From a virus (taxonomy: Duplodnaviria; Caudoviricetes): a stretch of 64,000 bases of DNA. The first letter of the stretch is position 1; each line of letters starts with the position of its first letter. Below are positions 18,462-27,425 of this stretch, one piece after another. Below the pieces are notes generated by a model. The model was not told the DNA's origin and ran no database searches. It worked only from the letters and a program-made list of their open reading frames with translations. A program made the position numbers and the translations under genes. Location of the stretch: positions 1,940 through 65,939 of the IMG/VR virus record IMGVR_UViG_2540341035_000003; one strand, 5' to 3'.

Positions 18462-18808
18462 GCTGCCCTCCCGTTCGTCGCCTCGGCCGGCCGCACGCCA
18501 TGCTCGGCCAGCGCTTCAAGGTCCGGGATCATCTCCGGCACGATCTCGGATCGGGCATAGGTCCAGCCTGGCAGCAGGGTATGCCAGTAGTGGCCGCGGG
18601 GCCCGTTCACGCGGACGAGTCCCGGCAGGTTCGACCACGTCTCCCACCACTCACCACGGCGCGGACGGGCGAGGTCGACGTGCACGACGCTCTTGGCGCC
18701 CACGAGGTTCGGGTTGGCGATTGCGGCCCGCATCGCGCGGGCGGCCTCGCCAGCCTGGCGCCGCTCGTCGTTGGTCGGCGCCAGCAGGGGCTTCGGGGCG
18801 CGGCTCAT
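18458..18808 (-). CDS. Hypothetical phage protein
   Basis: Coupled start/stop overlaps within the early-left operon. Confidence 0.65.
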   Translation of the reverse strand: MSRAPKPLLAPTNDERRQAGEAARAMRAAIANPNLVGAKSVVHVDLARPRRGEWWETWSNLPGLVRVNGPRGHYWHTLLPGWTYARSEIVPEMIPDLEALAEHGVRPAEATNGRAA

Positions 18809-19017
18809 CGCGCCCTCCAGCCCAGACGTGCGGCGGAAGCTACCGCCGGTTCGCCCATCTGTAGAGGAGAACCGAAAGGAAGGTGGTCACCAAGCCGATT
18901 GCGCTGACGCCGCCCATCAATACCAGCGCCTTCAGCACGCCATCCCAATCGAGCACTGCGGACCTCGAACCTATGCTGATGATGGTGGTGCTTATAGCAC
19001 CCTCTGCCCGCACTCAT
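18805..19017 (-). CDS. 70-aa His-tract protein with duplicated ARLGWRA
   Basis: ATGA overlaps at both ends; the peptide repeat is encoded by synonymous codons. Confidence 0.6.
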   Translation of the reverse strand: MSAGRGCYKHHHHQHRFEVRSARLGWRAEGAGIDGRRQRNRLGDHLPFGSPLQMGEPAVASAARLGWRAR

Positions 19018-19694
19018 TCCGCGGCCTCGGCGATCGGCGCGAGCTGGTCGATGTTGCGCTGGTGGACGGTGAAGCTGATCGCCACGACCCACGGGTTCGC
19101 GAGCCAGGCGCCCTCGCCGTTGATGAAGTCCCAGAGCAGCCAGAAGGCACGGACCGGGTGCTGCGCGTTGACCAGACCAAAGATGCCGAAGTCGGTGTGC
19201 TCGGGCGTGCGCAGGTCCTGGATGCCCTCGGCGATCGCGTCGGCGGCTGACATGGCGTTCAGCCGCTCAATCCGGACCTCAGTCACCAGGAGCGTGAGAC
19301 GCGAGGCCCAGCGCGGCATGTGGATCGACGGTCGCCAGCGGGTGATCTCGCCGCCTACGTTGCTCTCGTCGGCCTTGTAGAAACCGCGGTCAGCCAGAGC
19401 CTGGACGCCGGGGTCGTTGTGGGTGAGAGCGTCAAGCGGCGCCCAAGCCTCGCGGACGTACAGGCGATCACCGACCGCATACGGGAGCTCCTGCCGCGTA
19501 ACGACACGACCGAGCGTCACACGCGGGCGCCGGTCACCCTCTACATGCAGGCATCCAACTTCACAGAGCGTGCCCTGGTCGTCGACCGCAAAGGGGATCG
19601 GCTGAAGTTTCAGGATCCGCCGGGTCTGCGTCTTCCGGCCAGCGAGCAGCGCCCGGATCATGGGCGCCGAGAAGATGATGGGACGGTCAGCCAC
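19014..19694 (-). CDS. ASCH-like phage protein
   Basis: RPIIFSAPMIRALLAGRKTQTRR, GDRLYVREAW, WRPSIHMPRWASRLTL, NPWVVAISF. Confidence 0.8.
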   Translation of the reverse strand: MADRPIIFSAPMIRALLAGRKTQTRRILKLQPIPFAVDDQGTLCEVGCLHVEGDRRPRVTLGRVVTRQELPYAVGDRLYVREAWAPLDALTHNDPGVQALADRGFYKADESNVGGEITRWRPSIHMPRWASRLTLLVTEVRIERLNAMSAADAIAEGIQDLRTPEHTDFGIFGLVNAQHPVRAFWLLWDFINGEGAWLANPWVVAISFTVHQRNIDQLAPIAEAAE

Positions 19695-19893
19695 AGGCGC
19701 CTCCTGCCGCAATCATCAACTTTCGCGACAACGTCGGCGAGGATGCAACCTCTTGGCGAAAATCAAAGGCCACATTCCATCTCTGCATTGTATTTTGATC
19801 AAATTCTGTCGAATATTGCGCAGTATTAACGGACGCGTACCGTGCGAAAATAGGGGCATACGTGCGCTGGAAAAACTTTAGGAGCGCGCACTG

Positions 19894-20217
19894 ATGATCG
19901 ATGACCGCCCGGACGACCTTGCAAGCTCTGGTGAGGCACCTTCTGCTGCAGCGCAGGAGGCCAATGGCGTGGCGTTTCTCCTTGCCAGCGCCGCCTACCT
20001 GACGCTCGCAGGCGCCCACCTGCGTCGTGAAGGATTGGACGGTCTGGCCTTGATGGACGAAATCGAAGACCAAATCACGGAAGCGCTGGACAGCTTCGCC
20101 GCTGAGCATTCTAGCGACGTTGCCCAGCCCGAAATCGTTCGGCATGCGATGCGCAAAGTTCGCGCTTTGCTCGACGCCGGACGTTCGATGGCCCCTGAGG
20201 GACGCCTCCTTCAGTGA
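19894..20217 (+). CDS. Hypothetical protein (moron)
   Basis: AGGAG SD, AT-rich upstream region, opposite strand to the surrounding operon. Confidence 0.65.
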   Translation: MIDDRPDDLASSGEAPSAAAQEANGVAFLLASAAYLTLAGAHLRREGLDGLALMDEIEDQITEALDSFAAEHSSDVAQPEIVRHAMRKVRALLDAGRSMAPEGRLLQ

Positions 20218-20263
20218 AGCGGTCTGACCACAGGCAACTGTTAGCGCCTGGGCTATCTCATGC

Positions 20264-21229
20264 GTGATGGTGCTGGACTCGGCCATGGGGCTACTCCGCG
20301 GCTTCGGTGGCGATGCGCGAAGCCCTGCTCGCTGCTACGCTCTCGACTTGGGATCGAGAGGGCCGTGCGTGTTCAAGGGCTTCGTGCGCGAAGGTGAGTT
20401 GCGGCGCTGGGCGCCGTGGGGCGGAGCGACGCTCCTGATACTCGCGGCGGTTGCTCTTCAGATCAGCATGGAGAGCGTCTGCTGGGACGAGACAACATTC
20501 AAAGCGGCGAAGATTAATGAAGCGGTTGGGTGCTTCGAGTTTTGGTTCAATCGCTATCAAACCTTGATTGGTGCGATCGCAGCGCTCGCTGGAGCTGGAA
20601 TTGCCTGGATTGGCGTCCGCAAGCAAATTGACAAGGCAGATGAGCAAATATCTGTCGCAAGCCGTCAAAGTTCTATCGCAATATTGCCTGTTCTGGACCA
20701 ACGGACGGAAAGCGCCATCAAAGCGTTCAGGTCTGCTGTCGCGCTCGAGGCATTTCATTTTGATATGTATAGGGTTTCTGGAATTGCGTTTGCCAGAACT
20801 AAAGACGCTCACAAGCGGTATCACTCCAGCGAACGATGGCCGCAGTTGATAGGCGTCATCAGGGAAAGTTTTGTAGAATATAAATCTCGCGTCGACGCAT
20901 TTGATGGCTGCCTGGGGGAAATGACAAAAGAGTTGGCTCGCGGCCTTGGTGGACCATCGTTTCGACAGGCTGGACAAGATCTTTGGATATGCGCGATCAA
21001 CATTCTTAACACGCATCGGGCGGCCCTCACTATGCTCGCTCCTTTTGCTGCCGATAAGATTATGACCAAAGAGGAATTGTTCCGGCATCTTGCTGAAGCG
21101 GCGAGCTTCGACGATGCTAATTTTGGCGTGTTGGACGGTATTTACGCAAAATCTTTGGAGGAAATATCCAAGGAGGTCATGATTATGCAGACTGAGCGGG
21201 ATCGCATTTTCGATCAGAGCCGATCTTGA
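20264..21229 (+). CDS. Low-GC two-TM membrane protein (moron); start uncertain
   Basis: Hydrophobic segments GGATLLILAAVAL and LIGAIAALAGAGIAWIGV followed by a helical soluble domain; AT-rich codons. Confidence 0.7.
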   Translation: MMVLDSAMGLLRGFGGDARSPARCYALDLGSRGPCVFKGFVREGELRRWAPWGGATLLILAAVALQISMESVCWDETTFKAAKINEAVGCFEFWFNRYQTLIGAIAALAGAGIAWIGVRKQIDKADEQISVASRQSSIAILPVLDQRTESAIKAFRSAVALEAFHFDMYRVSGIAFARTKDAHKRYHSSERWPQLIGVIRESFVEYKSRVDAFDGCLGEMTKELARGLGGPSFRQAGQDLWICAINILNTHRAALTMLAPFAADKIMTKEELFRHLAEAASFDDANFGVLDGIYAKSLEEISKEVMIMQTERDRIFDQSRS

Positions 21230-21282
21230 AGATGGCTTAGCGAAATGATCGTCTGCACATCCTGCGATAATCATCGGCGAGG

Positions 21283-21663
21283 TCATATCCGCGCCTCCAC
21301 CACCGGCAGCCCGGCGGCGCGCGCCTTGCGCACCATGTCGGCCGTGCCCGCTCCGCCTGGGAATGCGATCACCGCGTCTGGTCGGCCCTCGGCCAGCATC
21401 CGCGTATTGCGGAGCGGGCCCGCCTGCCGGCCGTAGCGGTCCCAGTCAGCCGGGAAGCACGACTGCGGGATCTCGCTGGAGCGCGCCCAGGCGGACGCCC
21501 CGGAATCGGCGCCCGTCGCGCCACCCTGAATCACGTGCGTGATCAGCACATGCTGGGCGCGGCCGAGCGCGTCGGCGCACTCCTCGGTCGCGTGCGCCTC
21601 GAGCCAGTTCCACACCAACTCCGGGTCGAGGTCGCGGCCTCCGCAGATGAGCACGCGCATCAC
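21283..21663 (-). CDS. DUF2493/YspA-like SLOG family protein
   Basis: RVLICGGRD, GGATGAD, GRQAGPLRN, IAFPGGAGTADM. Confidence 0.88.
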   Translation of the reverse strand: MMRVLICGGRDLDPELVWNWLEAHATEECADALGRAQHVLITHVIQGGATGADSGASAWARSSEIPQSCFPADWDRYGRQAGPLRNTRMLAEGRPDAVIAFPGGAGTADMVRKARAAGLPVVEARI

Positions 21664-22706
21664 GCGACCACCTCGGCCGCCGGGATGCCGTCGCTGGCCG
21701 GCGTATCGCCCGGGAAGCCGTCGTCCGCCGCGTCAGCGTTGCAAGCCAGCCGGTCGAGCTCGGCGGCGATCGCGTCGAGGGCACGGACGTTGTTCGGCGG
21801 CAAATCGGCCTTGAAGGCCTCCAGCGCCGCCATGCCCTTGCGAGCGGCGTCGCGCGCATCGTTGAAGAGCTTGTCCCGGCCGCCGCGGGTCGGCTGCTGA
21901 AGCGAGCTCTTCGGAGCCGCTGCCGGTGAGGGCTGGTCTTTCGGGGCGGCCGCCGGTGCGGTCTCCCCCCGCGCCCAGGCCGCGAGCGCGGCGCCATGCT
22001 CTTCGCTCAGCCGATCGCCGTGCTTGAAGATCTCCTGGTGCGCGCCCTCCATCTTCCACGACTTCGGGTCGGACAGGTCGATGTAGCCCTTGCGGTCGGC
22101 TTCCAGCCGGAACGAGACCGTGACCTCGTAGGGGAACTGCGAGTTGCAGACCGACTTCAGGATCCGGGTCGGCTTCTCGCCGGGGTTCTCGCCCGGCTTC
22201 ACCGTCTCCTCACCGCGGATCGAGAAGATGATCGGGATACGCCGCTGCAGGAGCGCGTAGACCATCGCCTTGTGCGCGCTCTTCGGCTTGATCCAGGAGG
22301 CCATCTTCATGCGCTCCTGCTTGCGGTAGTCGTCGCCGGCCATGCGCTGGAGCTCCTGCGACTGCCAGTCGAGCACACCGCCCAGACCCACCCATTCCAT
22401 CGAGAAGCTGTCGATCAGGAGAGCGTCGAACTCTTCGCGCTCAGCCGCCAGGGCCGCCTCAGCGAAGCGGTTGGGCCGGAACGGCGGGTCCATGACGACC
22501 GCCTTGAAGCCGAAGCTGTCTTCAGCCACGCGCTTCGTCCGGCCGCCCTCGGTGTCGAGGACCGCAACCCGGCCATTCGGGCCGGCGATGCCCCGGGCGA
22601 GTCGGCAGGCGGACCAGGTCTTCCCGGAGTTGGTGCCGCCGGTCAGCGAGACGAACAGGCCGACCCGCTCGCGGGCTGCGTCGGCACCAATGAAGCTGAA
22701 GCTCAC
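21660..22706 (-). CDS. Phage AAA ATPase (Sak4/AAA_24-like recombination protein)
   Basis: Walker A GGTNSGKT, VLDTE, LIDSFS Walker B; GTG at 22706 overlaps the upstream stop. Confidence 0.8.
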   Translation of the reverse strand: MSFSFIGADAARERVGLFVSLTGGTNSGKTWSACRLARGIAGPNGRVAVLDTEGGRTKRVAEDSFGFKAVVMDPPFRPNRFAEAALAAEREEFDALLIDSFSMEWVGLGGVLDWQSQELQRMAGDDYRKQERMKMASWIKPKSAHKAMVYALLQRRIPIIFSIRGEETVKPGENPGEKPTRILKSVCNSQFPYEVTVSFRLEADRKGYIDLSDPKSWKMEGAHQEIFKHGDRLSEEHGAALAAWARGETAPAAAPKDQPSPAAAPKSSLQQPTRGGRDKLFNDARDAARKGMAALEAFKADLPPNNVRALDAIAAELDRLACNADAADDGFPGDTPASDGIPAAEVVA

Positions 22707-23686
22707 GCTGCGCTCTCCATATCGAGGGGGCGGAACGGGCTCTGCGCGATGTCGTACGAGACGCCGGAGAGCTGCGGGTCGAGCTCCTCGCGTTCGGACC
22801 AGCGGCGGGCGGCCCATTCGGGGTAGTCGAACCGGACGATCTGGGCGGGGTAGCCCGGCCACTCGCCGCTGGCTCGGCAGCGATTCCAGACATGGATCGC
22901 GGCGGCCATTTTCCGGGCGCCGATCTCCATGCCGGCGCCGTCGGCCTCGGCGACGCTGAGCGCGTGCGGGAACTCGTTCTCGACGAAGATCCAGCGGAAG
23001 CGGATGCGTCCGGCGAGATGCGGCAGCAGGATCGCGAGGACGTGCACGTAGAAGGCGGCCTGGACCTCCATCTGCATGCTCTCGACGCGACGGCCGAGCA
23101 GTTGCGGAGCGGCGGACTGATCGCCGGTCTTCACGTCCCAGATGGTGGCGTGGGTCGGGTGGATCTCGACCCGGTCCATCATGATCCGGAGCCAGGCGCC
23201 GGACCGGTCCTGGGCGACCGCGACCACCTCGGCCGGCGCTTTGTTGAAGCCCTCACAGCCTGGGATGAGCGCGAGCTTCTCAGCGACCTGGTCGGCGAGC
23301 GCGTCGGCCTTCTCGCCATCGGGCCGCAGGATCGGACAGTGGCCGTTCGCGTAGGCCAGCGCGCGCTGCGCTTTCGCTGCGGCGGAGCGATAGTCGTCGG
23401 CGTCGATCAGCACGACGTCCGCCCCCTGCCCGAGGATCAGCTTATGGGCGACGGTGCCGATCTCCTTTGGCCGGCTCGGGTCGCGCTCCGCCTTGATCTG
23501 GCAGCCCAGGCGCGGGTGCGCGATCCAGGCGTGCTGCGGGCTCGACTCCAAGAGCGTGCGTGCGATCGATGAGGACAGCGACGGCTCGGGCGCGCAGTCG
23601 GCGTGGTAGACGTCAGCCGGCATCTGATAGAGGCCCGGGCCGCCGACGTAGCCGGCGAGGTGTGGCTTGATCTTCATGGCCATCAC
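22703..23686 (-). CDS. PD-(D/E)XK exonuclease (RecE/Exo VIII-like)
   Basis: YHAD..SLSSS..L..SP, GTVAH, IMMDRV..WDVKT, QAAFY. Confidence 0.82.
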   Translation of the reverse strand: MMAMKIKPHLAGYVGGPGLYQMPADVYHADCAPEPSLSSSIARTLLESSPQHAWIAHPRLGCQIKAERDPSRPKEIGTVAHKLILGQGADVVLIDADDYRSAAAKAQRALAYANGHCPILRPDGEKADALADQVAEKLALIPGCEGFNKAPAEVVAVAQDRSGAWLRIMMDRVEIHPTHATIWDVKTGDQSAAPQLLGRRVESMQMEVQAAFYVHVLAILLPHLAGRIRFRWIFVENEFPHALSVAEADGAGMEIGARKMAAAIHVWNRCRASGEWPGYPAQIVRFDYPEWAARRWSEREELDPQLSGVSYDIAQSPFRPLDMESAA

Positions 23687-24066
23687 TCCGCCGCTTCGGA
23701 TTTCAGGCCGCGCCCCATCTGCCGGGCACAGCGATCGGATTCCGCTTGGGCCGCGACCTGGTGCTCGGGATCGAAGGGCGCGGCGATCGCCTCGGCGCAG
23801 AGGCGCTGCAGGTGGTAGCGAACCGCCTGCATGGCGGCGCCGCTGTTCAGCGCGTCGCCGAACCGGACGTCCCGCCCGAACGAGCGCACGATGGCGACGC
23901 TAAGCTGCCGGTCCGAGCCGCTCGCCATCAGGGCGCGATGGCCCTTCGCGTAGAGCGCCTGCGCGGCGCGCTCCGGCGTCATCTGCTCCGGGCGGGGCAG
24001 ATGGTCCGCCGGCATGACGGCGCGGGTCATGACGACCTCCGGGGCTGAGAAGGGCGGGAAGATCAC
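23683..24066 (-). CDS. Hypothetical phage protein
   Basis: GTG at 24066; coupled overlaps. Confidence 0.55.
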   Translation of the reverse strand: MIFPPFSAPEVVMTRAVMPADHLPRPEQMTPERAAQALYAKGHRALMASGSDRQLSVAIVRSFGRDVRFGDALNSGAAMQAVRYHLQRLCAEAIAAPFDPEHQVAAQAESDRCARQMGRGLKSEAAE

Positions 24067-24215
24067 AGGCGTCCCTCCGGGTTGCGGATGAGGAGGAGGA
24101 GCAGGACGGCGAGGCCCGAGAGGAGCAGCGCGCTCGGGGCGAGGTCGGTGATGGTGACCGCGGGCGCCGGCTCGCAGATCACGCCGGTGGCGCAGAGCGT
24201 GATGCTCGCCGTCAT
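24063..24215 (-). CDS. Small membrane protein (50 aa)
   Basis: MTASITLC..ALLLSGLAVLLLLIRN; overlaps both neighbours; absent from the ORF track. Confidence 0.5.
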   Translation of the reverse strand: MTASITLCATGVICEPAPAVTITDLAPSALLLSGLAVLLLLLIRNPEGRL

Positions 24216-24559
24216 GGCCGCACCAGTTCGAGCAGCGCGCGGCGCTCGTCCTCGCGCAGGTGCCGGAAGGCAGCGAGCAAAGCCGCCTCGTCATCGTCCT
24301 GGGCGGCCAGCGACGGCCGCTCGAAGGCCTGCGGCTCCAGACCGAGCAGTTCGGCGATCACCGGGATCCGGGCGCGCGGCATGCGGCTGCGGCCGCTCTC
24401 GACATGATGGATCATCACCGACGAGGTGCCGATGTGATCGCCGACCGCGCCCATGGAGAGCCTGCGAGCAACCCGGGCGGCGCGGACCATGGCACCGACG
24501 GCGCGGCGGTGCTCGAGCGGCGGTGAGGGCTCGCGCCGGGAGGGGGCGGCGGCGCTCAC
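24212..24559 (-). CDS. XRE-family HTH regulator
   Basis: VGAMVRAARVARRLSMGAVGDHIGTSSVMIHHVESG. Confidence 0.75.
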   Translation of the reverse strand: MSAAAPSRREPSPPLEHRRAVGAMVRAARVARRLSMGAVGDHIGTSSVMIHHVESGRSRMPRARIPVIAELLGLEPQAFERPSLAAQDDDEAALLAAFRHLREDERRALLELVRP

Positions 24560-24891
24560 AGCGTGCCCCCGCTGATCGCGGCCATGCTGCGCCGGGCCCG
24601 CACCTCGTCGAGGTCCGCGACCCCGGCCGGCAGCGGCTCGGCGTCCATGTTGATCGCGTGCGCCCCGCTGTGGCGCATGAGCGCCTCGACCACGATGAGC
24701 GCGCCAGCCGTGTCCTTGCGGCTCAGGGCCATGCGGATGACCGCCAACTCCTGGACGGCCGCGGCATGCGCCAGCGCGAGGCGCTGGATCTCCAGGCGAT
24801 GGATGCGATCCGACCGCACCGCGCGCTCGGCGAAGGTATGCAGCTGATCGAGCTCGTGCTGAGTCACGATGATGGCGGGCTGCGAGATCAC
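24556..24891 (-). CDS. Hypothetical phage protein
   Basis: GTG at 24891 overlaps the upstream stop. Confidence 0.55.
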   Translation of the reverse strand: MISQPAIIVTQHELDQLHTFAERAVRSDRIHRLEIQRLALAHAAAVQELAVIRMALSRKDTAGALIVVEALMRHSGAHAINMDAEPLPAGVADLDEVRARRSMAAISGGTL

Positions 24892-25268
24892 CGATGTGCT
24901 CCGTTGGCGAAAGGGCTGAGGTCGCGGGCGATGGCCCGGCATTCGGCAGCGTCCGCCGTCGTGCGGTGGACGTGGATCTCGGTGCAGCCGGAGTGGCGCA
25001 TGCGGAGCAGCCAGGATTCTGCGCTGGCACGATCGAGCCCGGACGCGACGCCGCGCCGGTGCGCGTTGCCGCCCTCGTCCCGGGCGATGCCGATCACGAC
25101 GATGCGCGTAGCCTCGTCGGCTTCGAGCTCATGCGGCTTGTGGATGCGGGCGACGTAGCGCCGGCCCGAAGCGCCGCGCCACGCCGTCATCGGGATCGCG
25201 GGTGTGCTGCTCCGTCCAGCCTCGGACAGCATCAGTTCCTCGCGGGGCAGGAGGTCGATGACGGCCAT
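24888..25268 (-). CDS. Hypothetical phage protein
   Basis: Coupled ORF; WRGASGRRY motif. Confidence 0.6.
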   Translation of the reverse strand: MAVIDLLPREELMLSEAGRSSTPAIPMTAWRGASGRRYVARIHKPHELEADEATRIVVIGIARDEGGNAHRRGVASGLDRASAESWLLRMRHSGCTEIHVHRTTADAAECRAIARDLSPFANGAHR

Positions 25269-25606
25269 CAGCGCGCTTCCTCAGCGGAGAGGCAGCGGCC
25301 GGTCCGGGCGAAGTGCTCGCCGGCCATCAGGTGAGCTGCGACAGCCTGCTCGGCTGTCATCGGCCGGGCGGTGTCGGCACGCGGGAAGAGGTCGGGCCGC
25401 AGGTCATTGCGAGACACGCCGGTGACGGCGGCGACCGTGTCCACATGGCCGGTCGGACAGAAGACCCAGCCTGTCACGGTCGAGACGTGCAGGCCGAGCT
25501 GTTGCGCTAGACGAGCGGCACCACCGGCCGCGTTGACGGCCCGGCGCATGGCGGCCGAGGCGCGCATGGCCTGGGCCGTGGTGGCGAAGCGCGGGCGGGC
25601 GGCCAT
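25268..25606 (-). CDS. Cro/YdaS-like HTH protein
   Basis: AVNAAGGAARLAQQLGLHVSTVTGW..VTGVSRNDLRPDLF. Confidence 0.75.
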   Translation of the reverse strand: MAARPRFATTAQAMRASAAMRRAVNAAGGAARLAQQLGLHVSTVTGWVFCPTGHVDTVAAVTGVSRNDLRPDLFPRADTARPMTAEQAVAAHLMAGEHFARTGRCLSAEEAR

Positions 25607-25830
25607 CACGCCACCTGCCGGATGATGGCGCCGAGCCGGCACCGGGCCGCGTGGCCCATGCGCTGCGGAAAGCGGCAGGCCGGGCAACCCAACTCCGTGG
25701 CGCCGCCGTTGCAGTTGATCTGCGCCGACCACTCCAGGGCGACGATCTCAGCGCGGCCGCGGGCAACCTCGTGGCTGAGCAGGGCCTGGAAGAACTTGCG
25801 CTCGACGGCGCGGGCGGCTGAGCCGGCCAT
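25606..25830 (-). CDS. Small Cys/His protein
   Basis: CPACR..GHAARC; coupled. Confidence 0.55.
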   Translation of the reverse strand: MAGSAARAVERKFFQALLSHEVARGRAEIVALEWSAQINCNGGATELGCPACRFPQRMGHAARCRLGAIIRQVA

Positions 25831-25979
25831 CAGCGGGCGGCCCGGTACGCAGCCACGTGATCGGCGATGACGCCAGGCACGAACGGGCCGAGGCCGATCG
25901 TCAGCATGGCGAGACTGACGTAGGTCATCACCTCGGGGAGCGGGGCGGTCGAGAGGTAGAGGTCGAGGGCGGTGAGCAT
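25830..25979 (-). CDS. Small membrane protein, first gene of the PL operon
   Basis: GGAG SD; one hydrophobic segment. Confidence 0.5.
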   Translation of the reverse strand: MLTALDLYLSTAPLPEVMTYVSLAMLTIGLGPFVPGVIADHVAAYRAAR

Positions 25980-26016
25980 CGGGGGCTCCATCGGCTCAGT
26001 GAGCGGCGATGGTCCG

Positions 26017-26059
26017 ATACTACGCATCGTGCGTAATGAATGTCAACGCATATTGCGTA
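26017..26059 (-). promoter_or_regulatory. PL promoter with two operators
   Basis: Minus strand TTGACA (26046-26041), 18-nt spacer, TAGTAT (26022-26017); TACGCA-tcg-TGCGTA (26021-26035) and AACGCA-tat-TGCGTA (26045-26059). Confidence 0.8.
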
Positions 26060-26173
26060 GCGAAGCGGAATTGCCGGTTTGGGGCTTCACCGGATGCGTT
26101 GTCCACACCCGCGCACAGCCCAACCCGCGGTAAATCCATGCGATTTCGAATTACTCACGAAACCAATAGAGAT

Positions 26174-26188
26174 GTTCGTATTGCGTTC
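26174..26188 (+). promoter_or_regulatory. Alphaproteobacterial LexA box
   Basis: GTTC-GTATTGC-GTTC (GTTC-N7-GTTC), 50 nt upstream of ATG 26238. Confidence 0.75.
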
Positions 26189-26237
26189 TAAATTCGGGCC
26201 CCAGTTCTGACCGTCAGAACGCGAACAAGGTCTAGCG

Positions 26238-26486
26238 ATGGCACATACGCAGTATCACGCAGTGCAACCATTTGTCCGCGGCGGTCGTGGAGGAATAGCT
26301 GCGGCTGCTGTCAGGCAGTGTCCTAGCGCTGAAGCTGCGAAGCGGCTGGCCGAGCGTCTTGTCGGTGATAAAAAGGCCGTCGGCGCGCTAGCCTATTCAC
26401 GTCCTGGGTCCAGCAGCGCAGATGAATACGCGGAGCCAACGTTCTTGGCGCGCATCGGCGAGGTGCCGGAAACGGACGAATATTAG
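26238..26486 (+). CDS. Small putative SOS-inducible protein
   Basis: 82-aa ORF downstream of the LexA box; its stop overlaps the cI stop. Confidence 0.7.
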   Translation: MAHTQYHAVQPFVRGGRGGIAAAAVRQCPSAEAAKRLAERLVGDKKAVGALAYSRPGSSSADEYAEPTFLARIGEVPETDEY

Positions 26487-27091
26487 CGCGGTTTGATCCA
26501 GGCGACCTTGGCGGACCACACAATCCCATCCACCTCAATCGGCGGCAAACCGCCGGTTGAGACGAGAAAATAAGGGCCGTTGCCCCGCCCACGGAAGACT
26601 TTCTTCACGTAGATCTCGTCCTCCGAGATCCACACAACGCATAGCTGTCCAATCCACTCATCGGGCAAGCCGCGAACACGATCGTCATAGTAGATTAGCC
26701 AGTCATCCTCGGCGAGGCCGGGCATGGAGTCGCCTCGGACGCGAGCAGCCACCGTATTCGGCGATGATCCTGGTGGCCTTGCTGCGCGGTCATAGCCACC
26801 CTGCGGCTCACCGTTGAAGACTATGCGAGCGCCCGCGCCGACATCGCCAACGATCGGCACCGTGTCATCCTTCGGCGCCTCCAATCGCGGGCCGCCCTCA
26901 AGGATCCACTCCCAACGCTCCTTGTAAGCCGCGCCATAGCGCTTGGCGGTGTCGCGGCTCGGGTTTCTGTCGCCGTTCTCGTGGCCGAGATAGGTCGGCA
27001 CCTTCCAGCCAAACGCACGTGCTGCGTCGGTCGCCGTTTCGAAGCCGGCCTTTTTGCGGAGATACTGGAGGCGCTCAGCGATCGTATCCAT
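26483..27091 (-). CDS. cI: CI-type repressor (HTH + S24 autopeptidase)
   Basis: N-terminal HTH; VGAG cleavage site; VRGDSM (Ser) and YVKKV (Lys). Confidence 0.92.
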   Translation of the reverse strand: MDTIAERLQYLRKKAGFETATDAARAFGWKVPTYLGHENGDRNPSRDTAKRYGAAYKERWEWILEGGPRLEAPKDDTVPIVGDVGAGARIVFNGEPQGGYDRAARPPGSSPNTVAARVRGDSMPGLAEDDWLIYYDDRVRGLPDEWIGQLCVVWISEDEIYVKKVFRGRGNGPYFLVSTGGLPPIEVDGIVWSAKVAWIKPR

Positions 27092-27100
27092 AGCTCGCGC

Positions 27101-27157
27101 TTCGCACAAAGCGTTACGCAATGTGCGTTGACAGCCGCTACGCATCAGGCGTAGCGT
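27101..27157 (+). promoter_or_regulatory. PR promoter with three operators
   Basis: TTCGCA-caa-AGCGTT (27101), TACGCA-atg-TGCGTT (27115), TACGCA-tca-GGCGTA (27139); TTGACA at 27128-27133. Confidence 0.8.
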
Positions 27158-27167
27158 TCCCGTCGCC

Positions 27168-27425
27168 ATGGAATCCGTCGCCGAAATCATCGCTGCACTC
27201 GGGGGGCCCACTGCCTTCGGCGTGATCTGCGGGTTCTCAAAGAACCCCGGCGCACGCGGCAGCGACATGCGCCAGCGCGGGTCAATTCCGGTCATCTACT
27301 GGCCTCTGATCGTCGACGCGGCCCGCGCGAGGGGATTGGCGATCGACAACGACGTCCTTGTGCACGTGCATCTGCCGAATGACCGGCGAGCGCAGCTGAC
27401 GTCAGTCGAAGAAGCGGCTGCCTGA
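27168..27425 (+). CDS. cro: Cro-like repressor
   Basis: Divergent from cI; IIAALGGPTAFG..RGSIPVIYWPLIV. Confidence 0.8.
   Translation: MESVAEIIAALGGPTAFGVICGFSKNPGARGSDMRQRGSIPVIYWPLIVDAARARGLAIDNDVLVHVHLPNDRRAQLTSVEEAAA

Noticed and set aside
19687-20286. 199-aa minus-strand ORF
   Set aside because: Overlaps the plus-strand moron gene, which has a clear SD and better composition
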